Shown here: in pieces, positions 28,962-40,100 of the stretch | Layout: each line of letters opens with the position of its first letter | Numbering within the stretch: position 1 is the first letter of the stretch | Source: a virus | Lineage: Duplodnaviria > Caudoviricetes | IMG/VR virus record: IMGVR_UViG_3300012667_000440 | Location: 30,558 to 94,557 of that record | Length of the DNA: 64,000 bases | Direction: 5' to 3' (one strand) | The notes under the pieces: generated by a model | Databases searched by the model: none | What the model was told of the DNA's origin: nothing | What the model saw: only the letters and a program-made list of their open reading frames with translations | Position numbers and translations under genes: made by a program

Positions 28962-30182
28962 ATGAAAATTAATGATTTATTATCTGAACTGCGACGAAAT
29001 CCCACACAAAATATCAAAAAAGAGGGACATGCAGCAGCGGTTGAATTCTTAAAAACATTATCTTATTCAGATATACAATATTACGGAGTAACATTAACTC
29101 AACTGCCTAAACTAGGTGTTAATCCGCAATCTAAATATAATACTCCATTGGCTATTTGTTTTTATCCAGCTGATTATTATCTTAAGAAAAAACGTAATGG
29201 TGAAAAAATGGAATTTCAAGATTCTGCACCTTATATACAGATTGTTGAAATAGTTAATAACTCTGTAGAAATTGATCAGTTATCAGAGTCTTCATTTACT
29301 TGGGCAATTGAGAAAATTTATAAGTTACTTCCTAATCTAGCGTCTACATTTAAAATTGATGCAGAGAAGTTGGGGGAAAATTTGGCAGAAATAATCGTAG
29401 ATTCTACTTACAGTGCAAGAACCGCACAACCAGGTAGTAGATTATGGTATATTTTAATGAGACTTTCAAGTGTGCTAACAACCGCCGATCCCGACGATCC
29501 TGACGATGACCGATTAATAGCCAATAGAACTTCGGTAGCATGGAACAAACTGTTACGACTGATTGGCTATGATGTAGTATTAGACAACGGAGCAGGCATA
29601 TTGCATCCTGCTGAACCTTATCAAGGAATGGCACTTGATCCCACTGCTGTTAAATTGGTTAAGATGTTTTACAATTCAAAAAAACCAGAAAAACATAACA
29701 ATAGTTGGACTCATGTGTGGGCCCAGCAATTGCCTCCTGCGGAGTATGTAAAGATGGTTTCTGACTATATATCGATTAATACATATGAGATTACTGGTAA
29801 TGAAAAAGATGCTAAAAAAGTTGGCCGCAAGGTATTTAAAATTTTTAAAGCACACCCGGAATTATATAACAACTATATGTTAAGTAAAATTAAAGCATTT
29901 GGTGCAATTTCTCAAGATTATGCTATTTCTAAATTTTTAAGAATTAATTGGATAGCATATAGATGGAACACTGATACTAGTAAAATGACAATTAAGAGAC
30001 TACTTGATAGTTATATAAAATCAAATATTATACCACCGATTGATCAATTTAACAGCTTTATCTCACAATATAAGTTGTATAAAACTGAATTGATGCCATA
30101 CTCTTCTGATCCGATGGCTGCAAAAATTTTTAAAGAAATTAGCGAATTTATTACTTTCATAGAACAGAACACACAATCATAA
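28962..30182 (+). CDS. Hypothetical protein; putative capsid-packaged effector with an ADP-ribosyltransferase-like motif
   Basis: MKINDLLSE N-terminus; KLGVNPQSKYNTPLAICFYP and GYDVVLDNGAGILHPAEPYQ...DP motifs. Confidence 0.5.
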   Translation: MKINDLLSELRRNPTQNIKKEGHAAAVEFLKTLSYSDIQYYGVTLTQLPKLGVNPQSKYNTPLAICFYPADYYLKKKRNGEKMEFQDSAPYIQIVEIVNNSVEIDQLSESSFTWAIEKIYKLLPNLASTFKIDAEKLGENLAEIIVDSTYSARTAQPGSRLWYILMRLSSVLTTADPDDPDDDRLIANRTSVAWNKLLRLIGYDVVLDNGAGILHPAEPYQGMALDPTAVKLVKMFYNSKKPEKHNNSWTHVWAQQLPPAEYVKMVSDYISINTYEITGNEKDAKKVGRKVFKIFKAHPELYNNYMLSKIKAFGAISQDYAISKFLRINWIAYRWNTDTSKMTIKRLLDSYIKSNIIPPIDQFNSFISQYKLYKTELMPYSSDPMAAKIFKEISEFITFIEQNTQS

Positions 30183-30266
30183 ATAACACTGTTCGCTCTT
30201 AATAGAGAGTTTATGTGGTAACCATCCATGTAGACCTAGAACGTCATAAACATAAAGGAAAACAAA
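30180..30266 (+). promoter_or_regulatory. Late promoter core TAAATA followed by a structured 5' leader
   Basis: TAAATA 30180-30185; stems CTCT/AGAG, TATGTGG/CCATGTA, GAC/GTC and the alternative GTTTATG/CATAAAC. Confidence 0.5.
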
Positions 30267-31217
30267 ATGGGACGTCCAATTAAAAAGAAGTTTTTCGGTA
30301 ACTTAAATACCGGATCAGGCAGCACAAGTGCTGACAATGGTATCGGCGGTGAAGGTGTAGCAAGCGTTGTATTAAACGCAACTGGTAATTACACAACTCG
30401 CCCAACATTTACATTCAGCACACCACAAATTTCAGGTGGTGTTCGTGCTACTGGTACTATTACATCTGAAGCAAACACAGTTTCTCCAGACGGTACATTA
30501 TTGAATGGTATTAATTATGTAGTCGGTGACCTGATTACATTTGCTGGTGTTACTGGTACAGTGGGTCGTGTTGCTACTGTAGGTAGTGGCCAAGGTGAAA
30601 TTCAATCTATTGATTTTGTCGGTACTGGCACTAACCGTGGATCATTCACAACATTGCCAACTAACAAAACTGGGTTAGCTGTTACAGTAGTTGGTAAGAC
30701 TACCGGCGGCAGTGGATCGACTGGTACTGGCCAGACTGTTGCTATTACATTCCGTGCTAGTGATGTTGTTATTACTGAAAAAGGTTCTGGATATTCTGCT
30801 GCTCCGACTGCAACTCCGACTCAATCAGTAACATTTACTTCAGTTGCATTGACATCGACTCAACAAGATGCAATTTCATTTACTTCTTACTTGACTACTG
30901 GTTCGAATGCTGTTACTGGCGGAGATATTATCAAACAAGAATCCAGCAGACGTTATTTGGTTCGTAACAGCGAAGGTACTGGACAGTGCAAATTGGTTGC
31001 AGCTGGTACACTAGCAGCAGGACAAATGAGTATTATTGCTACAGATCACGGCGGCGCTACATACTATGTAACTAAACTAACCGCTCGTAAAGCAAACTTA
31101 GTCAACAGAACTAACACTAGTACTGCATTGGTATCTATTCCTACAGGCGGAACAGCCGCTTCTGGATGGACACTAGGTGCTGCAACTGGCACAGTTGTTA
31201 CTATCGCTAGCGTTTAA
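30267..31217 (+). CDS. Virion structural protein (Gly/Thr-rich, beta-rich; possibly head or neck decoration)
   Basis: Has its own late promoter, AAGGA and terminator; ITEKGSGY..AP motif typical of T4-like structural proteins. Confidence 0.6.
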   Translation: MGRPIKKKFFGNLNTGSGSTSADNGIGGEGVASVVLNATGNYTTRPTFTFSTPQISGGVRATGTITSEANTVSPDGTLLNGINYVVGDLITFAGVTGTVGRVATVGSGQGEIQSIDFVGTGTNRGSFTTLPTNKTGLAVTVVGKTTGGSGSTGTGQTVAITFRASDVVITEKGSGYSAAPTATPTQSVTFTSVALTSTQQDAISFTSYLTTGSNAVTGGDIIKQESSRRYLVRNSEGTGQCKLVAAGTLAAGQMSIIATDHGGATYYVTKLTARKANLVNRTNTSTALVSIPTGGTAASGWTLGAATGTVVTIASV

Positions 31218-31232
31218 TTTAATTAAACTATA

Positions 31233-31260
31233 AAAAGGACTCTTTGGAGTCCTTTTCTTT
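31233..31260 (+). terminator. Rho-independent terminator
   Basis: AAAAGGACTC-TTTG-GAGTCCTTTTCTTT. Confidence 0.9.
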
Positions 31261-31275
31261 TAGGTAAATATTGCT

Positions 31276-31794
31276 ATGACTACTAATTGGGCATTTGCCG
31301 AAAATATAATTCAACAAGCTGAAGTGGAACAGCACGCACGCTGGCGCGGCGAAGATACTGGATTTTCTGGAATTAAATCAGATCTATATGGTGCTATCAA
31401 CACTGAAAGCGATTTATATCATGTAGCAAATCCCAGTGTTAATGATCGTAAAACAAAAACTTACTATCTATATCTTACTAATTTTAGGCTGAATAACGTT
31501 CCTGAAACAATTTCAGGAGTTGAAGTATTAATTGCAATGAATCGCAAAGGCCGCGTAACCGACGAAACAATTCGACTAAGACACAATGATGAATTTATTG
31601 GTCATAATCGTGCAGATTTTAAGTTAGATCAAATTAAAATATACGGAAGTGATACTGACACTTGGAACGCTGATATTACTCGAGCGATGGTGCTAGACAG
31701 TTCATTTGGAGTAGGTATTAGATTTCAAAGTCATCCAAACTGGCCGCATAAAGATACACCGGTAATCGACTACGTTAAACTAAGAGTTTGGTAA
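31276..31794 (+). CDS. Hypothetical late protein (beta-sandwich-like)
   Basis: 172-aa ORF preceded by TAAATA-TTGCT-ATG (31265-31278). Confidence 0.7.
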   Translation: MTTNWAFAENIIQQAEVEQHARWRGEDTGFSGIKSDLYGAINTESDLYHVANPSVNDRKTKTYYLYLTNFRLNNVPETISGVEVLIAMNRKGRVTDETIRLRHNDEFIGHNRADFKLDQIKIYGSDTDTWNADITRAMVLDSSFGVGIRFQSHPNWPHKDTPVIDYVKLRVW

Positions 31795-31822
31795 TCCAAT
31801 AAATACAGTAAAGGAATTTTCA

Positions 31823-32839
31823 ATGAGTACCGATGTTTTAAAAGTATCAGGCAACTACCTGTTAGATGCAAGAAATGGTGACATAACAATCAATGTGACC
31901 AATGCTTCTACTGACCATACTGGTACAGTAACTATCATTGGTAATTTAGATGTTATTGGACAAAGCACACAAATTGAAGTGCAAGATTCTAGAATAAAAG
32001 ATAATATTCTAGTGTTAAACAGCGGTGAAACTAATGCCTATGTTAGTCTCGGAACTAGCGGTCTGCTGATTGCACGGGGAAACAGTGATGAATTACCTAA
32101 TGCTGCAACATTGCTTTATAATGATGCTAACTATTGGAACGTTTCCAGTGTGTCTACTCGAGGAGTATTTGAATTTAACTCTGCATTAGCAGGCTCTGCA
32201 ATTCAAATAAATGCAATTAGAATTAATCAAAGTAACGGAAATTTAACATTAAATATTCTCGGCGATGATAATCCTCTAGGGATGATTAATGTTAAAGGTA
32301 CTGATAACTACGCATCGAGAGTGCTTGACGATGACGATATCCCTAACAAAAAATACGTAGATAGTGCAGTTTATTCGGGCACTGATATTGCAAAGAGATT
32401 GCAAGTAGGAGATTCTGCATTCAGAATTGTTGATAATTCTCTAGCTCCAACTGATCCGTTTTTTGCACCTTCGTCAAAAATTTGGGGAACACTCAATACT
32501 AGCACCAATGTAGTATTTAGATTAGAAGGTACAGAAGCACAAATACAAGGTATTACTATTAACGATCATGTTATTAGTGTCAATACTACTGCTACTGATT
32601 TGGTACTTCAGGTACAAACAGGCACTAACATTGTAAGTGGAACTGCATCAGTTGCAATTGATTCTCCGTTAAAGTTAAAAGAGTATCCTTATGGTATAAC
32701 TCCGGAAGAATTTAACACAACTATTTACAACTCAGGAACGCCCGGCGGCGGCGGCACAGGTTTATATTACGTAAATACAACTGATAGCGACGAGCTTGTA
32801 AGCCGTAGAAAAGCAATCATTTACGGAATCATATTTTAA
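31823..32839 (+). CDS. Virion structural/fibre-anchoring protein
   Basis: TAAATA 31800-31805 and AAGGA; IKDNILVLNSGE and DDDIPNKKYVD fibre-type motifs; ends RKAIIYGIIF. Confidence 0.6.
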   Translation: MSTDVLKVSGNYLLDARNGDITINVTNASTDHTGTVTIIGNLDVIGQSTQIEVQDSRIKDNILVLNSGETNAYVSLGTSGLLIARGNSDELPNAATLLYNDANYWNVSSVSTRGVFEFNSALAGSAIQINAIRINQSNGNLTLNILGDDNPLGMINVKGTDNYASRVLDDDDIPNKKYVDSAVYSGTDIAKRLQVGDSAFRIVDNSLAPTDPFFAPSSKIWGTLNTSTNVVFRLEGTEAQIQGITINDHVISVNTTATDLVLQVQTGTNIVSGTASVAIDSPLKLKEYPYGITPEEFNTTIYNSGTPGGGGTGLYYVNTTDSDELVSRRKAIIYGIIF

Positions 32840-32849
32840 GGTTATATAC

Positions 32850-33170
32850 ATGTCTATTACAAATATTCGAGTTGAATCAACTCAGGCTACACGACTATTT
32901 TTAGCAACTGGAGAACAGGCAGTTACTACCATGTTTTTCTGCAATACTTCAGATGTGGATGATTGTTTAGTTGATATTTTTGTCAACCCAAACGGAATTC
33001 CTCCGGGCACAAGTTCGACACAAATTATTAATTCTTTATCATTACCTAAGTCAGAAACGTTTGTTTTTGATGCTGAAAAACTTATTTTAGATAATGACGA
33101 TGAAATTTGGGCCAAAGCTACAGTAAATAATATCGTAGTAGCAACTATTAGTTCTGTACGCACATCATGA
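32850..33170 (+). CDS. Small virion adaptor-like protein (paralog 1 of 3)
   Basis: Shares the (T/S)xxxxN...(L/I/V)P.......K/P.I.(D/E)..D pattern with 41513 and 45630. Confidence 0.6.
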   Translation: MSITNIRVESTQATRLFLATGEQAVTTMFFCNTSDVDDCLVDIFVNPNGIPPGTSSTQIINSLSLPKSETFVFDAEKLILDNDDEIWAKATVNNIVVATISSVRTS

Positions 33171-33994
33171 GATATATTAAAAAACTTGCCCTCAACAAGA
33201 AAGATCCGCAAAACGATCGATTCTCTGTTCTGCAGGATGATCGAATTGTTACTTCTAGTGCATCTAGTATGGAAGTTCCTTACGGTGCAAAGGAAGATCG
33301 ACCTACTAATTTAGTCGACGGCACTATTAGATTTAATACTACTTTACAAGAATTTGAAGTATACAACAGTCAGAATCCTGGATTTAAACCCTGGGAAATT
33401 TTAAGAACTATTCGTCAAGCAACAATTACTTCTCAAAATTTAGGATATGGAAATTATAACGATACTATCTTTGGGCCATTAGAATATAATGTCAATATAT
33501 CTAAACCTCAAAACATATTGGTATTTGTTGAGAATGTTTGGCAAACTCCAAACACTGATTACACTTTAATTTCTGATCCAAATCCTGAAACTGCATTGTT
33601 ATCTAGTAACACCACTACGGGCGTTACTGTATTATTTGTTAACACGTTAACAAACATCGATGCAGGCGGATTCTACAGTACCGTAACCAACATTGATTCT
33701 GGAAATCCTGATTCAGATACATGGAGAACTGTATCGGCACCTAGTGGAATACAATTAGGAACTACAGTTACAAATGTGGATCATGTTTATAATGCTATTC
33801 ACGAAGGATACGAAATAGGTATTAGTTTACCTACAACTGGCGCTATAAGCAGTGGAACTACGATAACATTCTCGTATAATGCAGGAACGTATATTCAGTT
33901 TAATGGAAATGTTCCAGCGAAACCCGTCTATGCACTACTCGGGTTCGATGGATACTTCCCAGCTGGCCCTGCTGGCAATGCTTTTGAATCCTAA
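33167..33994 (+). CDS. Virion structural protein
   Basis: ATGA overlap; VPYGAKEDRP....GTIRFNTTLQEFEVY fibre-type motif and ILVFVENVWQTP..DY motif. Confidence 0.6.
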   Translation: MRYIKKLALNKKDPQNDRFSVLQDDRIVTSSASSMEVPYGAKEDRPTNLVDGTIRFNTTLQEFEVYNSQNPGFKPWEILRTIRQATITSQNLGYGNYNDTIFGPLEYNVNISKPQNILVFVENVWQTPNTDYTLISDPNPETALLSSNTTTGVTVLFVNTLTNIDAGGFYSTVTNIDSGNPDSDTWRTVSAPSGIQLGTTVTNVDHVYNAIHEGYEIGISLPTTGAISSGTTITFSYNAGTYIQFNGNVPAKPVYALLGFDGYFPAGPAGNAFES

Positions 33995-34018
33995 TCAACC
34001 ACTTTAATCTAGCTCTAA

Positions 34019-34117
34019 TAAATACATCGATGCCAATGTATTTGGCAGATTCATACTGTGGTAAACCAGCAATGTAATTTGGTTATCCGTGAAACTCGGT
34101 GTTGATGAGGAGCTCTA
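34019..34117 (+). promoter_or_regulatory. Late promoter core plus a structured 5' leader containing a 15-codon uORF
   Basis: TAAATA 34019-34024; CATCGATGCC (34025-34034) pairs with GGTGTTGATG (34098-34107), which abuts AGGAG; uORF 34030-34077. Confidence 0.5.
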
Positions 34118-37100
34118 ATGGCCATTGGTCGCATATCCGGTCCATTGCTAGCAAAAAACCTACTCCGCGATGGTGTAGATCTAGCATTTGAAACTGACTT
34201 ACTTTACCTTGATGTAACAAGCGGTCGTATTGGTATAAGGAAAAATAATCCTGCATACGAGCTAGACGTCAACGGAACAATCAACGCAAAAAAATTAAAA
34301 GCAACTTACACAGGTCCGGGCACAGGCACTGCTGAAATTGGTAAGTTAGTTATTTCTTCTGGTACAATTAGCACTTCGGTTGGGCCAGTTACTATTCAAC
34401 CTAGTGGTAACGACAAGATTAATCTTATTGGCGATACTACCGTAACTGGAAATTTTCATACTACTGGTAATATCACAGCAGATGGCGACATTGTTATCGG
34501 TAACAGCCCAGATGACAATGTTATTTTTGATGCAGAAGTTGCATCTAATATAATTCCTAATGCAGATAAAACTTACAGCTTAGGCAGCACAGAAAGAAAT
34601 TGGCTTGACGCATACGTTGATAATTTAGTAACCAACAAAATTAGTAACCCTGGTAATATTAGCATTAATCCAGGTGCGGGCTTGTTAGAAATTAACGGCG
34701 AAATTAACGCAAAAGGTCGCAATCCTATCGGAACTGCTCCGGTTGTAACAAATGTATTGTATGTTACAATGGACGGAAACGACACTAATGACGGTCGCGC
34801 AGAAGATCCTAGCAGAGCATGTCGCACAATCAGTGGTGCAGTTAAGAGTCCTTACTATAGACCAGGCACATTAATTAGAGTCAACAGCGGTCGATACCTT
34901 GAAAACAATCCAATTTTAATGCAGCCTAACACTGCTATTATTGGCACTGATTTAAGAACTACCAGCATTGAACCTATTAATAAAACTCAGGATTTATTTC
35001 ACGTTCAGAGTGGATGCTATCTTGCACAAATGCAATTCTCAAATGGTCGCAGTGGCTTATTATCCGGTCCTTACGACTCGGGCAGTAATCGAGGTGCATA
35101 TGCAACTGCATTTCCGCCGCAAGTTAACGGAGAAAAGATTGACATCTATCACTCTCCTTATATTCAAAACTGCACAAATCAAACTGGCCCTTGGTTAATT
35201 GATGGAACTTTGTTTGTTCCTAACCAAACTGTTCAAGTTCCTGTTGCAGTAGGCACAACAACCTTCCCTGCAAACACTACTACTATTGTAGTAACACTGA
35301 GCACCGGAACTATATCTAGCGGACTTAACATTATTAGCGGTCCACAAACACCCGGGTTTTTTAATGCAAGAACGCTGTTATTAGCAAATAAAGAATTTAT
35401 TAAAGATCAAGTTGTTACTTACGTAAATCAAACATTCCCTACTTTTGAATACGAACAAGCACGATGTGCTCGAGACGTTGGTATTATTATTGAAAATATT
35501 GCATACGATGCAACATTTGGCGGTAACGAAAAGAGCGTTGAAGCAGGATTAGCATATTACAACGGAGTTATTAATCTAATTGAAGGTCAGCAAGTTCAAA
35601 CTACTGCTGCTATTAATTACATCAATACATTAACTCAACTTATTATCAGAAATCAAGCGGCACCTAGCATTAGTTCAAACACGGTGCAGATTATCAATAC
35701 TGCATTAGTCGACGGAGATATCGCAGCTGAAGAATTGACAACTGGTATTAATATCATTACCAGCATTATTAACAGTGGAACTTCTGTAGCTCCGGCAATA
35801 TTTAAAAGTTGCGGCCCAGAAACTCCGTATGTTAGTGCTGAAATTCTATTACAAGCCAACAGAACATTCTTGCAAGAAGAAGTTACTGCATACGTGGATG
35901 CACAATATCCTAACTTTGAATATAACAAAGCTTCTTGCTATCGAGATGTTGGATTAATTATTGATGCGGTTAGCCAAGATGTTGTAGTTGGGGGAAATAC
36001 AAAAACCCTAGAAGCGGGTTTAAGTTACTATACTGGAAGCAAAGGCGACAGCAGTGTTGCAGCACCTTATATAGCATCTAATATACTTTTACTACAAGAC
36101 ATTATTTTAACAGGTCCTTCAGTTGCACCTGACCCGGTTGTTGGTCCAAACTTAGGAGTTGGATTTTCAAATGCTAACGATTTGTTAAAACGAAATAGAA
36201 ATTTTGTTCAAACAGAAGTAAGTGCATATGTTCGTTCTTTATTTGATAACACATTTAGATTAACTCAATCTCAGCAAAATTTATGTTTTAGAGATATTGG
36301 ATTAATACTTGATGCAATAGCAGAAGATACTGCTGCTGGCGGAAATGCCAACACAGTATACGCAGGTCTACAATATTACAACGGTCTGACAAGTTTATTA
36401 CCAGGTGATCAGCCACAGAAGACAATAGATGCATTGACTTATATGTCGTCTTTGTGTGTTAACATTGTTAAAAATATTCAAAATACTAATTTGTATCAAG
36501 TATTGATTCCGCAAGTTGTCAATTTACCTGCTGCAACATTAGTTGAATATGAATTAGTTGCTGACAATCTCAATTTAATTACTGATATTATCACTACAGG
36601 TCCTGGCATTGCGGCCGATCCTGAACCAATTGGTTTGGCGTTAACGACTAATACCAATGCAATTAATGCATTTAATATTTTAACCGCCAACAAAAACTTC
36701 TTAGCATCTGAGCTAACTGATTATATTGACAATTTGTATGGCAACGGATTTAACTACGACGAGTCAAAATGCACTCGAGATACTGGACTAATTGTAGACA
36801 GTCTTGCATTTGATCTGTTGTATCAAAGTAATAGTCAGGCAATATTTGCAGGTTTACAATACTGGAATCAAGGAACTACTTCGATCCCTAATGAAATTAG
36901 CACTACTACTAGTGCAATTAATTATGCTAAACAGTTGGCTAAAAGTGTTGTAGTTAATCAAGAAATAACAGCATTGCAATCAGTGTCGACTCAGACAATT
37001 GATTTACTAAATGCCGGCAGTGTAGAAACTACCGCAACTATAGACACATTATTCAATACTGTAACTAATATTATATTAAACGGAACAGCAGGTGTATCTA

Positions 37101-40100
37101 ATCAAATTGTGCCTAACGGTATCCGAACAACTGATAGCGGTATTGTTAACTCTTACAATTTGTTACAAGCTAATAAATTATTCATAGAAGACGAAGTTAT
37201 TGCCTATGTGGATGCAACTAATAATGCATTTACATATGATCAAGTTAAATGTTCTCGAGATATTGGATTAATTGTTGATGCATTATCTCAAGATTTGTTG
37301 TTTAATGGAACAAGTCAAAGTAACTTCACTGGATTACAATACTGGAATCAAACTACTACAACTATTCCTGGAGAAGTTAGCACAACTACAGCAGCAATTC
37401 AATATGTAAGAGACTTGTCGATTAAAGTAATTAACAATGATACAAGTGGTTACAGATATCAAAGCGCAGTATCACAGTATACTACTAGCACCGGCGCAAC
37501 TATTGCACAAGATCAAGTAGTATATGATGAATTTAATTTAATATTAGATATTATTAATAACGGAACGGCTAATGTTAGTGACAGAATTGTATCCAACAGT
37601 TTAGAAATTAGCAATAATGCCAATACACTAATTGCATACGAACTATTAACAGCTAATAAATCTTATATTCAAGCTGAAGCAATTGCTTATGTAGAAGCAA
37701 TTAAATCGTTATCGTTTGTATACGATGTTGTTAAATGCTCTAGAGATGTTGGGTATATGCTCGACAGTGTTTCGTTTGATTTAGCATATGGCGGTAATAG
37801 ACAAGCAATTCAGAGCGGAGTTTATTATTACGGCTTTTCAACTACATCTAGTGCAGTGCCTAACGAACAAGCTCAGGTTACTGCTGCATACCAATATATT
37901 AAAACAATTGCATCTTATATTGTAACCGGACAGAGATTGCCTAGTCAATATCAATATGACATAGAACAAGTGTTATCGTCTAATGTAGGTACTACGGCAG
38001 AATCTATCATTATTAATGATAACATTGATTTGATATTAACCATTGTTAATGCCGGACCTGGTGCAGCATTATCTCCTGTTTCGATTAGCTTAACACCATC
38101 TGAAACTGCGGCTGTAGTTAATGCTGCAAAACTACTTTCAGCTAACAAAGAACTAATTCGTGCAGAAGTCATCGCATATATAAACGAAACATTTACTGGC
38201 TTTGTTTACGATAGAACAAAATGTCGTAGAGATGTAGGGTATATTATTGACTGTGTTAGCTTTGACTTGTTGCATAGCGGAAACAGACAAAGTATACAAG
38301 CGGGAGTTTATTACTATGGGTTCAGTAATACTTCTAGCTCTCTAACTTACGAAATTTCACAGGCTACTGCTGCCTATAACCATATTAAATTACTTGCAAG
38401 AGATATTGTTAAAGGAGTATCTATTGTTCCTACGTCTGGAAATAATGAAACTCAAGTTATTTTAGGCGATGTTGGTACTGATATTGAATCAGCATATATC
38501 GCAGATGATATTGACATCATTACTGACATTATCAACAACGGTCCTTCGGCAGTTTATCCTAGAACTCCTATCAATTTGACTGCAAGCGAAGACAATAATG
38601 TAATTAATTCGTATACTTTATTATTGGCAAATAGAGAGTTCATCAAGTCTGAAATTATTGCATATATTAACTACTATTTTAAACCTAAGTTTGTATTTGA
38701 CAAAATTAAATGCACACGCGATACAAAATTAATAGTAGATTCTGTTGCTTTAGATCTGCTGTATTCCGGAAATACACAAAGCACTTTTGCAGGATTGCAA
38801 TATTGGGCACAGGGATCAACACAAATTCCAGGTGAAGCTACTACTACAACTAATGCTATTGAAGTGGCTAGAGAATTAGCTGTATCTTATCTAGACACTG
38901 ACCCAGAAATAGATGTAGTGTTAGCTAGATTTAATTTAATTATTGGAATTATTAACAACGGTACTGACGGAATAAGTGATATTATTGTACCTAATCAATT
39001 GCCAAAAACTAGCACTGCTGTTATTGCATCGTATCAAGCATTGCTCGATAATAAAGCAGCTATTCAGGCCGATACTATTGCGTGGATTAATACTAATAAT
39101 CCTGGATTTGTTTACGATCAAACAACCTGTTCTAGAGATATTGGTTATATAATTGATTGTGTTGCATTTGATTTACTGCACGGCGGAAATAGGCAGAGTG
39201 TCCAGGCAGGCGTTTATTATTACGGATTTGATCCTTTAACTACTAATGTTGAAAACGAAATTCCTCAAGTAGTAGCAGCATACAGCTACTTGAAATATAT
39301 GATCAAGGCAGTGTTACAAAATAATCCATTGCCTAGAACTTATCAAATTGTATATCCTCAAATAATTGTGCCAGGGTATATGGGACTTGCTAGTGCAATT
39401 CCCGGAGAAGAAAACATAACTGTGGATGCAATTAACTATTTAAAATCGTTAAGCAGCAACATTATTAGTAATACTCCGATTGCAGTTATTAGATCAAATG
39501 CAACACAAGTTATAAACACATTCTTCGATAAAGGGGAATATGCAGAAACGGCTGTTAATAAAAATTACGATATTATATCTAACATTATATTAAACGGTCC
39601 CGGAGTTGCTCCAATAGAATATGCCGGATCGGGATTTTTTGCAACAACCGGCGTTAGTTCAAACGATGTTAGAGAAAGTCCTAAAATTATTGCCATTACT
39701 ACACAAACTGACAATGTGTATACGATAAAATTATCTAATGCAACAGTTGGAGCTGTGTCAAATGGCACATTGTATTTTGGTAACACATCAGTATTTCCTA
39801 TACAAGATAGCGAAGTAGAGCAACTTAGCTTGGAATATACGGGAAGCACTAGCACTTGGAACAGTAGAAAAGTTGATCCGATTGGCGGAATGGGCGGAAG
39901 TTTAGTAGACGGTGCTGTAGTAAGTGACCGTAGTCCAATTCAGTCATTTGTTTACGATGCATTTACGCAAATTAACCAAGGTGGCCGTGGAATTCATATT
40001 ACTAACAATGGTTATGCGCAGTTAGTTTCAGTCTTTACTGTGTTCTGTTCGATTGGTGTTCAAGTTGACAACGGCGGCATTGCATCTATTGTTAACAGTA

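Noticed and set aside
34085-34112. Hammerhead-like words GAAAC and TGATGAG
   Set aside because: Only about 6 nt separate them, too few for the required stems, and the CUGAUGA core is imperfect.
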